A stretch of DNA of 64,000 nucleotides from Oculina patagonica (Eukaryota): the NCBI RefSeq assembly GCF_052425735.1, contig NC_135768.1:6820001-6884000 (forward strand). Direction: 5' to 3'. Each line of letters opens with the position of its first letter. The stretch's first letter is position 1. A program made the position numbers and the translations under genes. This document shows positions 1-11,723 of this stretch, one piece after another. The notes under the pieces were generated by a model. The model saw only the letters and a program-made list of their open reading frames with translations. It made no database searches and was not told where the DNA came from.

Positions 1-882
1 CAGATTTTCATCTACTTCCAACAGCAGTTGTTCCTCCAGCACCCTTCTTCCGTGGCTCGTCAAACTTGTGTCGTGAAAAGAACCGAAAATAAAATCGCCT
101 TTGATAACTTCACAGGCTCGCTTCAATTGATGCAAAAGATGAGCTTCATACAGAACTGGATCATTGGTGTAAACAGTCATAGTCCAATGAACATATTTAA
201 CTCTTGGTGACAGTACACCAAAGCTGACCGATCTTGGGACGCTACCATCGCTACATTTCTCGACAGCGAAGTAGAAATCGTGTTCTTGTTGCATGTAATC
301 GATATTTGATCCTAGAGGCTCGATTGGAAAATTATCCAAGATGATGACATTGTCTGGGAACAACGTCTGCGCCACAGGCCGAGAGAAAATGACATCGCAA
401 AGATATTGTTTAGTGCAAGCTTCAATCTGAATGGAATTGTTAATTGCAGAAAACCGATGCGAGTTAAAAGTCTTCTTTTCAACATAACATCGTAGAATAT
501 CCAACTGCACAAGTTTCGTTTGAGACGGATAACTTCCTAGTCGAGGTGTGAATCGCTCTCGATTTGCTTTCGGGTAGCGTCTACGTATCATCTCATACAT
601 GGCTTGCAGTAGGCTCTTAGAAACACCTCGACCGCGAAACTCCGGTAAAGTACGCCCTGCTCGACGGATTACTGTTCTTCCGTCGTCGACAATAGAACAT
701 GCAGCCAAACCCACGAGTTTCTCGCCAAAATAAGCAAGCATAACATCCATCTTGTCCATCTTCATCCACGCATGATATCTAAATGGAAGATAGTCGTCTC
801 CTTCGTACATCCCTTCTGACAATTTCAGGATCTCGTCGAAGTCATTCGGTGTAGCGAGGCGAATTGTAAGCTCCAGGTTCAT
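1..882 (-). CDS. Histidine N-acetyltransferase/NAT16-like GNAT, copy 1 (3' end runs off window)
   Basis: ATG at 882; MNLELTIRLATPNDFDEILKLSEG..DYLPFRYHAW; closest to the copy at 60278; has TTG where that copy has TAA. Confidence 0.8.
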   Translation of the reverse strand, partial: MNLELTIRLATPNDFDEILKLSEGMYEGDDYLPFRYHAWMKMDKMDVMLAYFGEKLVGLAACSIVDDGRTVIRRAGRTLPEFRGRGVSKSLLQAMYEMIRRRYPKANRERFTPRLGSYPSQTKLVQLDILRCYVEKKTFNSHRFSAINNSIQIEACTKQYLCDVIFSRPVAQTLFPDNVIILDNFPIEPLGSNIDYMQQEHDFYFAVEKCSDGSVPRSVSFGVLSPRVKYVHWTMTVYTNDPVLYEAHLLHQLKRACEVIKGDFIFGSFHDTSLTSHGRRVLEEQLLLEVDENL

Positions 883-1429
883 CGTAAAATGTTCTCGTCT
901 CGACTTTTCAATTTTTCTTTCTCATCAAAACAGTCCTTGCTTGGATTTATAGCCTCCTACGCTGACATTCTTTGGGCTCGTCACGCGTTTCGTGACGAGC
1001 CCAAAGAACGTCTGTGATCATGAAGGAGCGCTGGCTACGCTTGGATGGATTTCGTGTGTACTGGTGTGACAAGATTATTGTCCGCCCGATAGAGTCATTC
1101 GTCACGCTCGTGTCTAGCTTTTTGTGCAGTTAGCTCGTAAACGCTGCTCTTACGCGACAATCCTGAGATATCATTCGACTGATCCACACATTGGAGTTTA
1201 AGACAGTTTTAAGGAAGCACGTCGAGTAAAAGTTAAGATGTACTTTATTCCATTATTCTATGTCTCGCCTGAAAGGTTATGTCCTTAGTTCACTCTAAAG
1301 CCATGAGATACGTTCTCTATGTAGACGTATTTGCGAGAAAATAAGAGTGACAAACACGAGAATGAAGTACTGCAACTTTATAACTCAAAAAGTAAACGAG
1401 GAAATGCTGACAAGGCTTGATAACGGCTA

Positions 1430-1708
1430 CAATCTTGGACAAAACTAGTTGACACATACGCATTTCACGCATTTTTCGCAAATGACTCGACTTGCAAGCG
1501 GGTTAAAATATCTTATCCCGCTCCCCCCCCTCCCCCCCCCCCCCTACTCAATGTTGTTTCTTGTGGTTTGCGGCTCGACAGGCTTTGTTTTAAAAACGCT
1601 AAAGCATAACCAACATTGAAATGGGGGGAAGGGGGGTTGGAAAACTGAACTCCGTTGGCTAAATAAGTGGAAATTTGCTAAGTGTTTCAACAGTTTTGTC
1701 CAAGATTG
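1430..1708. mobile_element. MITE, TA-flanked (Tc1/mariner-type)
   Basis: TIR caatcttggacaaaact / agttttgtccaagattg with TA on both sides. Confidence 0.6.
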
Positions 1709-1784
1709 TAGAAGAAGACCTCTGCTCGCTCGCTCGACTGAGCCCATGTTCTCTGTCACGTGACAATGTTTATGAGTCCCATAA

Positions 1785-2819
1785 GGGACGGACCATTAGA
1801 AAAGTGATAGGGGGGGGGGGTGGGGGATTTTCGGCTTGCACGAATTTTTTTTTACGCCCATTGCTTCTGCAGGAATTTTTTTTGCGGGTGTAACCCTCTG
1901 CTCGATTTTTTTTTCAGACAAATGTTTGATTTTTTTAGAGAAATACTAGTTTTTTTTTTTAGACCTGATACCATTAATTTTTACTTTATATCAAGCTTTT
2001 GACGAATGTTGCTTTGTTGATCATTTGCTAAATAGTTTAAATATTTCCCCAAAAATGTTGTTATTCATTGATTTATTCCTTTAGGCACTGCTCAATTAGT
2101 ATTGTGTGGTCGGTCGGAGCAATTGCAAAAGTGGCAGTTTGAGAGAGCCCACCCAAAGCTTTGATACGATCACAAGTCTTCTAGGGGGGTCCGGGGGCAC
2201 GCTCCCCCGGGAAATTTTTAAATTTGGGCCTTCTGAAATCGCTAGAAATACATCTAAAACTGCCCACGTCAAGCAACTTATTCAATTTCTACTGAAGAGT
2301 ACCACTGGGGATTTTATACCACTGATTGTTTTCTTCACCCTATGCACTTGTCAACAGAAATTTATAGCGAATGTCCTACAAATGTTTCAAAGTTTTTATA
2401 CAATAAACAAAAGGGAAGACCTGAAAGTGTATATAACCATCTGCGTATGGGAAGAAAAGGTTTGCTTGTAGGGAGGCCAGGTTGAATGTAATTTGCTTCA
2501 GTGAAACTAGAAGTTGAGCGCTGGAGACGCTTGTTTGTAGGGTGTTTGGGGGCATGCTCCCCAGGAAATTTTTGAAATTTCAAGGCTCGAAAATTCTATT
2601 TTCAACATTTTTCCTGATATATTTCGTCGAAAAGTCGATCTCATCAAGTGTAAAATGACGGGTGTTTTAAGTGCTTAATTAGAAACTTTTCTTTCTGCAT
2701 GAAAATTTTTTTTCCTTGCCTTCCCCTTTGCACGAATTTTTTTTCTTGGGATTTTGGCTTGCATGAATTTCTTTTTGTTTCCCCCCCCCCCCCCCATCAC
2801 TTTTCTAATGGTCCGTCCC
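1785..2819. mobile_element. Non-autonomous PIF/Harbinger-type element
   Basis: TIR gggacggaccattagaaaagtgat..G-run / C-run..atcacttttctaatggtccgtccc; TAA TSD at 1782-1784 and 2820-2822. Confidence 0.8.
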
Positions 2820-3260
2820 TAACTCCACTACATCTATACGGGTAGGGGTTGTTTCTGTACCTTTTCAATTCAGATAACTATAAACTGTAGGCTATCATCT
2901 TTACTGTATTCTTCTATTCCAAGCTGTAATAGGCCTTATCACGGTTTTCGACGCCATCTTGACGAGTAGGCAAAGCGGGTAGAAATTACAGTGTTTGTAT
3001 GGGACCCGGGGTATGAATCCGATGGCAAATATCTTCAGTGTTCAAAAAGTGAATTCTGGACAACGCATGAATTGCTAAGTTAAGATACTAGTTTTATTTG
3101 CCGAGTTTGAAGGATGCCGAGAGCTGGGCTAGAAAGCGTTCAGTTACGTTTTTTATTTCTCCATACATTTGTCTGTATTTTTTTCCGCATGTTTGACGCT
3201 GTTTGCGGCTGTTCTTTTATATAATTAATTCAATTCTTTTTTAACGTCAAAAAGATGACG

Positions 3261-4175
3261 TTACTGTAGAAACTTGTTTTCGTGCACCTCCACTGATATC
3301 TCTTCATCTAATTGCACCGGCAGCCGTTTTTGCAGCACTCTTCTCCCGTGGTCTGTCAAACTTTTGTCTTGAATAGCTCGGAAAACGAACTCGTCATCGA
3401 TAACTTCACAGGCTCGCTTGAATTGATACAAAAGATGAGCTTCGTACAGACATGGATCACTGGTGTAAACAGTCACAGACCAAACTGTACATTTAACTCT
3501 TGGTGACAATACACCGAAGCTGACCGATCGAGGAAAAGCACCATCGCTACATTTCTCGACAGCGAAATACAAGTCGCTTTCTTGCGGCAAGTAATCGATA
3601 TTTGATCGAACAGGTTCGACAGGAAATAGTTCCAGAAGGATAAAACTGTCTGAAAACAATTTCTGTGCCACAGGACTGGAGAAAATGACATCGCATATAT
3701 ATTCTTTAGTTCAAGCTTCAATCTGAATGGAACTATTAGTTGTAGAAAAGTGATGCGAGCGTAAAATGTTTTTTGCGTAAGATTTTAACATCTCCAACTG
3801 CACAAGTTTCGTTTCCGCAGGTAAACTCTGCAGACTTGTGAATCGTTCTCGACATACGCTTGGGTATTGTCTTCGTATGAACTCATTCATTGCTTGTGAT
3901 AGCTGGGTATAGACACCTTGCCCGCGAAACTTCGTTAAAGTACGTCCTGCTCGAAGGATTGCTGTCCTTCCATCGTCTACAGTGGAACACGCAAGCAAAC
4001 CCACAAGTTTCTCTCCATAATAAGCAAGCATAACATCCATCTTGTCCATCTTCATCCACGCATGGTATCTTAGTGGGAGATAATCAAGTCCATCGTATAT
4101 CCCTTCTGACAATTTTAAAATTTCGTCAAAGTCACTCGGTACAGCGAGCCGAAAAGTTAGCTCTAAGTTCATCAT
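3261..4175 (-). pseudogene. HISAT/NAT16-like GNAT, copy 2, with in-frame nonsense codon
   Basis: ORFs 3711-4175 and 3261-3671 share a frame; TGA at 3713-3711 replaces the Cys of EACTKEY seen in paralogs. Confidence 0.85.
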
Positions 4176-4206
4176 TGTTAAAGACGTCTTTAAGGCGCGG
4201 CGTTAC

Positions 4207-4290
4207 TTTTCCAATTTACTGTTTTCCGTCTCCTCTCTGAGCGGATGCAGAAACTGGCTGGTAATCCTCGTCGTGCTTGTTTTCGGACGT
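4207..4290 (-). pseudogene. 5' relic of the SAM methyltransferase gene
   Basis: Sequence and upstream flank (to ~4495) align with 42020-42300; start ATG mutated to ACG; truncated next to GNAT copy 2. Confidence 0.6.
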
Positions 4291-4642
4291 TTTTTGCGCT
4301 ATACAATGTAAACTCGATTTCTGAAACATGCAAGGGAAACGAAAATTGTTTCAAGAAATCGGGGTGTAAAATTGCATTGTTAAGGACTAATTGAAGTAAA
4401 ATCCTAGCGAAACAACCTTTGGAACTCTACTGAATTCATATTACCCAGCCATTTATATTCAATTTCCACAGCTCTTCAAGGTCAAAATTTACATAACAGC
4501 TGTTAAAGCCCGGCCAAACGCACGCAGCATCTCAACGCAACATATCCCAACAATGTTGGGTCATGTTGTAAGATGTTGTGAAGCAGCTGGCTAAACGCAC
4601 GCAACATTTAAACGCAACATATCGCTGGGGCGGATCCAGGGG

Positions 4643-4678
<36 letters not shown>

Positions 4679-5006
4679 AGAAAGAAACATTCTAACACGA
4701 GCGGTTTCTGACGAAAAAACATAAGTGAACGTAACACAATGCCAGTCTAAAATTTGTTTTATATTAGCGCTTCCTTCCATTGATGCGGGCACAAATGTAG
4801 ACATTGCTGTAGTCTCCGAGATTTATATGTCAGATATCCCAAGCCCACAGACTCTCGACATTGAATATGATCGTTGGATGAGAAAATGGCAATCAGAGAC
4901 GGACAAACCAGACGCGCTTCAACCTGCCTTACAGCTTCGAAGAAACACAATTTGTTTTTGTTCAAATGTTCCCTTAGGTTAACAAATGACAACTTTATTG
5001 ATTACA

Positions 5007-5460
5007 AGTAGTAATGTACTACACTCTGAGGCAAAAATTTTTGCCACAGAGATTTAGTACATACTACTTCCAACACTGGATTCGAATTTCGGGTTGAAAA
5101 TATGGATTCAAATTATGGGGCTGAAAATATGGATTCAAATTATGGGGTTAAAATATGGGGTTAAAACTGAACCAACACTGGATTCAAAAAAAATGGATTC
5201 GAATTATGGGAAACCGAGCGGAGCGTTTCATAAGCATTAAATAAAAATTTTAATGCTTATAGCAACTTATGATCAAATATAATTTAAAAAATTATATTTG
5301 TTCCTTAATAATTTATAGTCTGAGACAAGTCTGAAAACCATGCCTGGAAAAAACAAATGCTCTTATAGTTTAATTTTAAATTTTAGATCCAAACCCTGGA
5401 AACCATGCCTGGAAAAAACAAATGCTCTTATAGTTTAATTTCAAATTTTTGGAAACAGTG
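5007..5460 (+). repeat. Polinton left TIR
   Basis: Inverted match to ~39290-39769; internal tggattcaaa tandem units and repeated caaatgctcttatagttta boxes; inner boundary approximate. Confidence 0.85.
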
Positions 5461-5464
5461 CGTT

Positions 5465-6739
5465 TTATATTGTTTGTAAATCCTTCATAGGTATCCAGCT
5501 GTTAAATTCATCACTATACCCCTTCCATTTAACAAGAGCTTGTTTCTTTTTATAATCTCTCCGGACCACTTTATCAATTCTGAATACGTCCTGTTTTGCT
5601 TTTAATAATTCAGGTTCATAAAAACTTCCTTGTATGTCTTCATTATTGAGATCTTTCAATTTGTAAGTAATAGGATTAGTGTATTGTATCTTATCGATTG
5701 TAAAAATTTCTTCGGTCCAGTTTGGCGTGTACCCTTTATCGAAAATATTTCTTTTATACTTCGATATTCGAACCTTATCACCTATTTTGAATTTCAGTTT
5801 CGGTTTTGATGTTTCCATATCACCGTATAAATTGAAATATACTAAGCCTTCATTCTTTTTCCTCGATGCTTCTACGGGTGTCATTTTAATGCTTGAGTGT
5901 TTGGTATTATTATACTGTTTTAACAGTATAATAATACCAAACACTTTAACAGTAGGCAGCGTGGCCTAGTGGTAGGGCGCTGGACTTGTAATCCGGAGGT
6001 CCCGGGTTCAAATCCACCTCCCTGCCACTAGATGGATTTGTGTTTGGTGGTCCCAGATTCAAATTCTCCACGCTTTGTAAATAGCCAGCTGGTTAGCCTC
6101 CTGCCAGCTGGGATTTAACTAGTTTATGTTTGATTTATAATATTTGTTTATATATTTACAGTGTCCCCAATTAGCACAGCCGTGCTAAATACATTGACAC
6201 TTAAATAAAGTTATTTATTTATTTATTTATTACAGCTTGGGTAGCATATCGAGGTACGTCGTATTACCTTGAGCTGTAAATTGTTTCCACATTCGGGTTT
6301 TAATTGTCCTATTCCATCGTTCACAAACACTACTCTTCTCTTCGTTCTCGGTGGAGTATAGTGCTATACCATTCTTTTCCAAAAGCTCCTTCATATTTTT
6401 ATTGTAATACTCTTTCCCTTTATCAGTCCAAAGATATTGAGGTTTACGCCCCTCTTTGAATATGGTTTTGAATGCTTGAGTTACAGTTTCACCTTTTTTG
6501 TCTTTTAGAGGCACTATCCAACCATATTTACTGAAAACATCCAGTACCATGAGAAGATATCTGAATCCCTTGTTCCATCTACTGAACTGTTGCATTTCAA
6601 CCAAATCCGAACACCATATTTCGTCAATGTGATTCACAATAACACGCCGTCGAGTAAAGTTACGCTTTATTGGTTTGTGTAGTTCATTAGCTAATTTTTC
6701 TTGCCAGTTTACCCCACCCGACGGCTTTTTACGTTTTTT
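5465..6739 (-). pseudogene. Polinton RVE (c-integrase) with C-terminal chromodomain, split by a SINE
   Basis: LANELHKP, WCSDL, LWTDKGKEY, VCERWNRTIK (DDE triad), LVKWKGYSDEFNSW chromodomain; removing 5927-6235 restores MLPKLLKQYNNTKHS. Confidence 0.92.
5953..6231 (+). mobile_element. tRNA-derived SINE with Nin-like central domain
   Basis: A box tggcctagtgg, B box ggttcaaatcc, tRNA-like head with TGT anticodon loop, core ttgtaaatagccagctggttagcctcctgccagctgggatt, (TTAT)n tail. Confidence 0.85.
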
Positions 6740-7288
6740 GGCTTCTTTTTTTTTATACCCAATCCGATTTTTCTTTTACTAGCGATTAAAGCTTGTACAC
6801 CTGTTGTACCCCATGGACGATCTTTGAATGGTATTTTTGATATTCTCTTAAGCATAAGATCATCTGCCTTATGTTTATCAGCTAGTGATTTTGAATTACT
6901 GTAATCAATATCGTGCTGTTGACATATGCTATCAAGATTGTTTATTGGATCTCTATATTTAGGATCGTTAGAAGCTAATCGTTCTTTTAATTTGGTACCA
7001 GGACCACAATAATTGTACTTTTTACCTGTAGGTGTTCTCATGTGTAATTCTCCAAGTTTTGATAAGTGTTTTTGAATATCAAGAGCACCTCCTTTACAGT
7101 GCGACGCGCCTTACCGTGGCCACCCAACAAACTTTTTTACAAGTTAGCCAATCAGGTTGCACGATTATGATTGATGGCCACGCCTCCTTGCAAAGTTTCT
7201 AAAATATAATTTACAAAAGCGGGAAACGTTTTACGGAAGAGACGAAGATTTCAACTTCAATCTACTGATATAGTACATAATTTATTTT

Positions 7289-8509
7289 TTAAACATATCC
7301 GCAGTTGCGGAAATAGTTGTAAGAGTTAGCTGCTGAAATTGACAAAACACCCTCGGCTATAGCAATTTTGGTCTCTTCCATCGCTAACAGTTGACATCTC
7401 CGAAGGAATTCCTTTATTTGATGGAAACAATATTCGCATGTATTGAGATGTGGCGAGTACGGTGGCTGGTAAATAAGCTGAACACCATAGTCATTCAAAA
7501 GGTCTCTGAGAACTGGCTCAACAAAAAGGCCATGATGAAAGCCACAATTGTCCATAACGACGCAATCCCCGCGTTCAAGAACAACACTTCTGTCTGGTCG
7601 TTGTATTTCGACAGCGTCTTCAAAAAAGTTTAGCAATTCAAATCCATTCGACGGGCCGTCAATTATATTAAAATAGTCTACTCCAAGGGCAGAGTGGAGC
7701 AAGTTGATGGTGAAATTGGCGTTTGAAGCGTATCATTGAAACTCGATTGCTTTCTCACCAACTGTGGCGTTTCCGTAGCTACGATTTCCAGTAGTTTTTA
7801 TCACACTTGCCTCATCAAAAAAATGAATTTGGTTCGGTTGAAAAGTAGAAATGGCATTGAGATACTCATTTTGGCGGACGATGTTTTCAGGAGTATTGCT
7901 TTCTAACTGTGCAACCGAGAGCTTCTTCTTGCTCATGATCAAGTCACGTCTTAATCTTTTATTTATTTGAGAGGCGCTCGGCAAGTCGTCCGCGTCCACA
8001 ACTCCATCTAACAAGAGTCTTTCCTGGATTTCGGAAGCATGAATACTTGGTTTCATAACTTTCTCGACAGACACAAATTCTAGGACTTCAGTGGTAACTT
8101 TTGGCACCAAAAAACTAGTACGAGGAATTCGCGTTGAAATGTTTTTATCATCGTACTGTTCAAGGACGTTTTGGACGTAGCCCCGGCTTATTCGAAGCTC
8201 TGTTGCTATCTGCCGTTGGCTTAGACCTGTGTGTGCTAAGTCTAATACTCTTTCTCTAATGACATCAGGGTATGCTCGTCCTGAGTCGTAGCAACCGCCT
8301 TGTCTGTTTATGCGAAGTTGAACGTTCGCTGGAGAAAAAAAAATGACAAGTCAAGTTATTTACTTTCGCTTTTCGATAAAAATGAGACTACTCTCAGACC
8401 ATACGGCTACGTATCAAAAGTCAATGTAATTATGATTAAACTCGGTGTTAGCTTGTAATGGAACCCAGCGCTGGGAACTTAACTTACGAAGGTTATAATT
8501 TCTATCCAT
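7289..8509 (-). pseudogene. Paired-domain IS630/Tc1-like DDE transposase (exons 8509-8488 and 8328-7289), one nonsense codon
   Basis: GTAAGT..polypyrimidine-CAG phase-1 intron joins MDRNYNLP to NVQLRINRQGG (paired-like); FFDEAS, VMDNCGFH, PPYSPHLNTCE; TGA at 7735-7733. Confidence 0.85.
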
Positions 8510-9455
8510 CCTAGGGCTTGTTTACATCTTGTGTAGAATGGTGGAAATGCGACTTCAAACTTAAACTGACTGCACGAAATCAAAGTCACGTCAGTAGTGG
8601 ACGGGAAGAACATTTCGCGCCACTTTTTCTAGTACCGTTTTCCTGACTATGCAAAATATGCATGAAAAACTGACGTGGCAAAATTGAACGGCGTATTATT
8701 TTTCTTGTAGTTTCACTAAGGAGTTAGCCTGAGTATCAGGCTTTTCTAAAGGGGAAGGGAGAAAGGGTAGAAGCGCGAAAGGAATTAAGGAGTTTGTATG
8801 TTTTCCTTCAGGCCGAGAACCTGAATAAGCGATGTATAAAAAGATTAATTGAACCGCAACCCAGACTATACTAAAATAAACAGTGCAAAAACAGAAGCAA
8901 TTCAAAATACAAGAAAGTTGAGAAAAACGAAAACGATGGAAATGAGTTTGATTTTCGATAAAACGTGTATAGAATTTTACATGTACTTTGTCTACAACAG
9001 CAGACCTGTGTAAATAAACGATGGAATTGCAATTGCAAACGCGGAGACTAAAATGATCAAAACAAGACTATCGTGTTCTTGAAATAATAACTTTAATTTT
9101 ACTGCGGAGCGTAAATATCTACTAAACACAACTATTACATGTAAAATTGTAATCCTGTAATTGTAAAACTGTGCAAACGATAAAATGAAGTTCAAGAACA
9201 AACACTGGTAACGCAAGAAGCAAATTACATCTTGTTGATATTAAAACCATGACAAACGGTCGCAATCCTCATTCCATGTTCAATTCAGTATTTCTAAAAA
9301 TTCAACCGAAAAAAACGATTATTTTGTTCATAAACTGTACTGATGTGAGTCGTAAACTCGAAGTTCCTTCACTTCACAAGAATGTAGAAAACGTAACATG
9401 TACTAGGAATTTGCATATAAACATAACAACTCGAGTCAGAATTACAAAACATAAT

Positions 9456-10439
9456 TCACGGGAAAAAGGAACCTCCTGTGGAATTCTGAACGGAAGGTAC
9501 ACCAACAAAGTACCTTTGAGTGGGCAAATAAGAGGAAACTTTGGCGTGATAATATTGCTCTATTATCAACGGCAGTTGCCAATCACCTTCTTCCGGTTTC
9601 CATTTTGGGACTTCATTTCGCAGCGCTCGTTGCAACACCAGTAAATCCTTGTCTAGTTTCAAACGATCCGTGTATTTAGGCAAATTCTGCAAGCGCAGAC
9701 GATTACGCATAACTGAGAAAAAACTCGACTTGGATTTTTCTCTCGCTGCCGTAAAGTTCTCTAATTCACCCTTGTGCTTTTCATGTTGCTTCTGAAGATC
9801 TTTGAGTTCTGCCTGCAATGCTGATATTTTGTTTTTTATCTCCGGATGTTTTTCTCGGATTTTGCAGTTGCTGCTGCTCTCACAAGGCGCTGCTTTACAA
9901 GTTGTTTTGGTATGGCCAGTTTGATGGCATCTGTTGCAAATCCGTCCGCGTATGGCTGCTAAAGGAGTAAGTTTTTCTTGCTCACTCTTCAGTTTTTGTA
10001 ACTCATCCACGGCGCTGCTGATTTGCACCTCAAGAACGAGTAAATTTTCTTTCATTTCATTTGCCTTCCTATCTAGCGGCTTATTCTCCTGACCGTTAGC
10101 GCTCGTTGATGGCCCCGCGGTGCCTTCAGCACATGGCGTCGTTGACAACATATTCGAGTTTAAACCAGCAGCGCTGTTGAACCGCGTACAAAGTTCCACA
10201 GGTCTCAACGGCGTTCTTCTATTTTCCGGGTCGACGAGCGCCTTTATTTCGCTTTCTAAGATCCGTTTTTCTGCCAGCAAAAGTTTCTCGGGCGAAGGGA
10301 AAAACGCATCTACGTCCCCAGGACGAAGGTATCGAAGCGACTCCAAAGTGCTAAATCCACGACTTTCAAACTGCTCGCTACATTTCTCCAATTTTAATCC
10401 TCCCGGAAGGTTCTGTAGCCATTTAAATACTTCGCTCAT
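9456..10439 (-). CDS. Transposon passenger protein: SAM-like N-terminus, coiled coils, CCHC zinc knuckle
   Basis: VFKWLQNL..LEKCSEQFESRGFSTLESLRYL (SAM-like); CNRCHQTGHTKTTC (CX2CX4HX4C); intact 327 aa inside the TIRs. Confidence 0.7.
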   Translation of the reverse strand: MSEVFKWLQNLPGGLKLEKCSEQFESRGFSTLESLRYLRPGDVDAFFPSPEKLLLAEKRILESEIKALVDPENRRTPLRPVELCTRFNSAAGLNSNMLSTTPCAEGTAGPSTSANGQENKPLDRKANEMKENLLVLEVQISSAVDELQKLKSEQEKLTPLAAIRGRICNRCHQTGHTKTTCKAAPCESSSNCKIREKHPEIKNKISALQAELKDLQKQHEKHKGELENFTAAREKSKSSFFSVMRNRLRLQNLPKYTDRLKLDKDLLVLQRALRNEVPKWKPEEGDWQLPLIIEQYYHAKVSSYLPTQRYFVGVPSVQNSTGGSFFP

Positions 10440-10810
10440 CTTAAATCGCTTGCAGGTTTACGCAAGCAGAAAACTTCGCTAAGATTCGATAACTCAAACA
10501 GTGTCAACTTAATTGTTTATACTGAAGATTGTACATGTTTTCGTAAACACGAACTTTGCAAGGAGGCGTGGCCATCAATCATAATCGTGCAACCTGATTG
10601 GCTAACTTGTGAAAAAGTTTGTTGGGTGGCCACGGTAAGGCGCGTCGCACTGTAATAAATCTGCTTTTATTTTTTCTGCATATTTGACAAACTGATTTTT
10701 CCATAAGCCGACCATTTTTAGCTTTTACCTTTTTAGAGTTTATTGATTTGGTGTGTTTTTTACACGATAGACAATACGATTGACACATATATATATATAT
10801 TGATTAGATA

Positions 10811-11226
10811 TTAATCACAGTATGTGTTTCGCCATTTTTTGGATTTCTTATCCCAAATAGTAGCAGAGCATGAAGGATCTTGGTGTTCACTTGGAGATGT
10901 CCAGAATTTCTTTGAGAATAAACCATTCTTCTTATTAAAAGCCCCTTTAGCGATATTGCCCGACCAGTAACGTTTAAGCAAATCTTTATCGCCTCCGGTA
11001 GCACCCATGATAGCCGATGCTAAGTCTTGAGCCTGTTGAAACCCTGGAATCTTTTCGCCGATTTTTTTGTTGATCGTTTCACCAACACCACGACCAGTTT
11101 GTTTATTTTTCACAAAACGAGTTTTAGTTATACCACATTCCGAACAAGTACATTTCATCATAAGTCGCTCTCAGATCCTTCTTTACACAGAGTCTGTTTT
11201 TTCTGTTTTACACAATACGATTTCAT
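10811..11226 (-). pseudogene. Second Polinton zinc-ribbon small protein, frameshifted near 11165
   Basis: MKSYCVKQKK.. start at 11226 is out of frame with MMKCTCSECGITKTRFVK; paralogous to the PLA2 N-terminus. Confidence 0.6.
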
Positions 11227-11237
11227 ATATAATATGA

Positions 11238-11723
11238 TTACATATTTTTGAAATAATTGCTTATAAAACGTTCATTGTACAATGTGTCACTCATTGATAA
11301 GGGTTTCATTATATCATAAAAGCCTTTATCGTACACCAATGCTTGATGCAAGAAATACAATGCATAATACCCGCATAATATGCTCTGAATATGTTGATAT
11401 TGCGTTGTATTATAAAATATCTGTTTAATACCATCTTGTTCAGCCCGTTGTTTAAATTCATCGGGATATGGCATGCCAAATGAGTCGAAGTACCACAATG
11501 TTTCTTTCTTATGAGCAGGGACGCAACAAGTCCAATGAGTCCCGACACCTTCATAGCTGTCTAAATTTATGATACATGGACTATGCTTTTTAGGCATGTG
11601 TTCATCTCTGCTATATATTCCTTTAATATTGATTTTTAAATACTTACACCATCTCAGGAGATCAATGTTACTCAGAGGCTTTTTGACAAATGCAGGCTTT
11701 CTTACTTTCTTTTCGGTTTTAAA
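11238..11723 (-). CDS. Adenain-like cysteine maturation protease (no ATG for its conserved N-terminus)
   Basis: IINLD..GTHW, YFDSFG, QYQ..CGYY motifs; frame open upstream through KPLSNIDLLRW to the A-run at 11724-11734; first ATG at 11597. Confidence 0.9.
   Translation of the reverse strand, partial: FKTEKKVRKPAFVKKPLSNIDLLRWCKYLKINIKGIYSRDEHMPKKHSPCIINLDSYEGVGTHWTCCVPAHKKETLWYFDSFGMPYPDEFKQRAEQDGIKQIFYNTTQYQHIQSILCGYYALYFLHQALVYDKGFYDIMKPLSMSDTLYNERFISNYFKNM

Larger units (their letters stand above)
7097..10652 (-). mobile_element. IS630/Tc1-like DNA transposon carrying two genes
   Basis: 101-bp TIRs (7097-7197, 10552-10652; one mismatch seen), CAGTG ends, TA TSD. Confidence 0.93.
6709..10788 (-). 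pseudogene. Polinton zinc-ribbon + parvovirus-type phospholipase A2 protein, split by a transposon (join 10788-10653, 7094-6709)
   Basis: YCGPGT Ca-loop and LDSICQQHDIDY catalytic motif; removing 7097-10652 plus one TA gives in-frame KSRFIKGGALDIQKHLSKLGELHMRTP. Confidence 0.9.

Noticed and set aside
5953-6026. Possible tRNA-Thr(TGT) gene
   Set aside because: Continues into a Nin-like core and (TTAT)n tail and interrupts integrase: a SINE head, not a tRNA gene
9500-9520. Splice fusion of the SAM/knuckle ORF to the transposase via AG|GTACTT
   Set aside because: Donor is phase 2 but the acceptor at 8329 needs phase 1; a better GTAAGT donor with its own ATG exon exists at 8487
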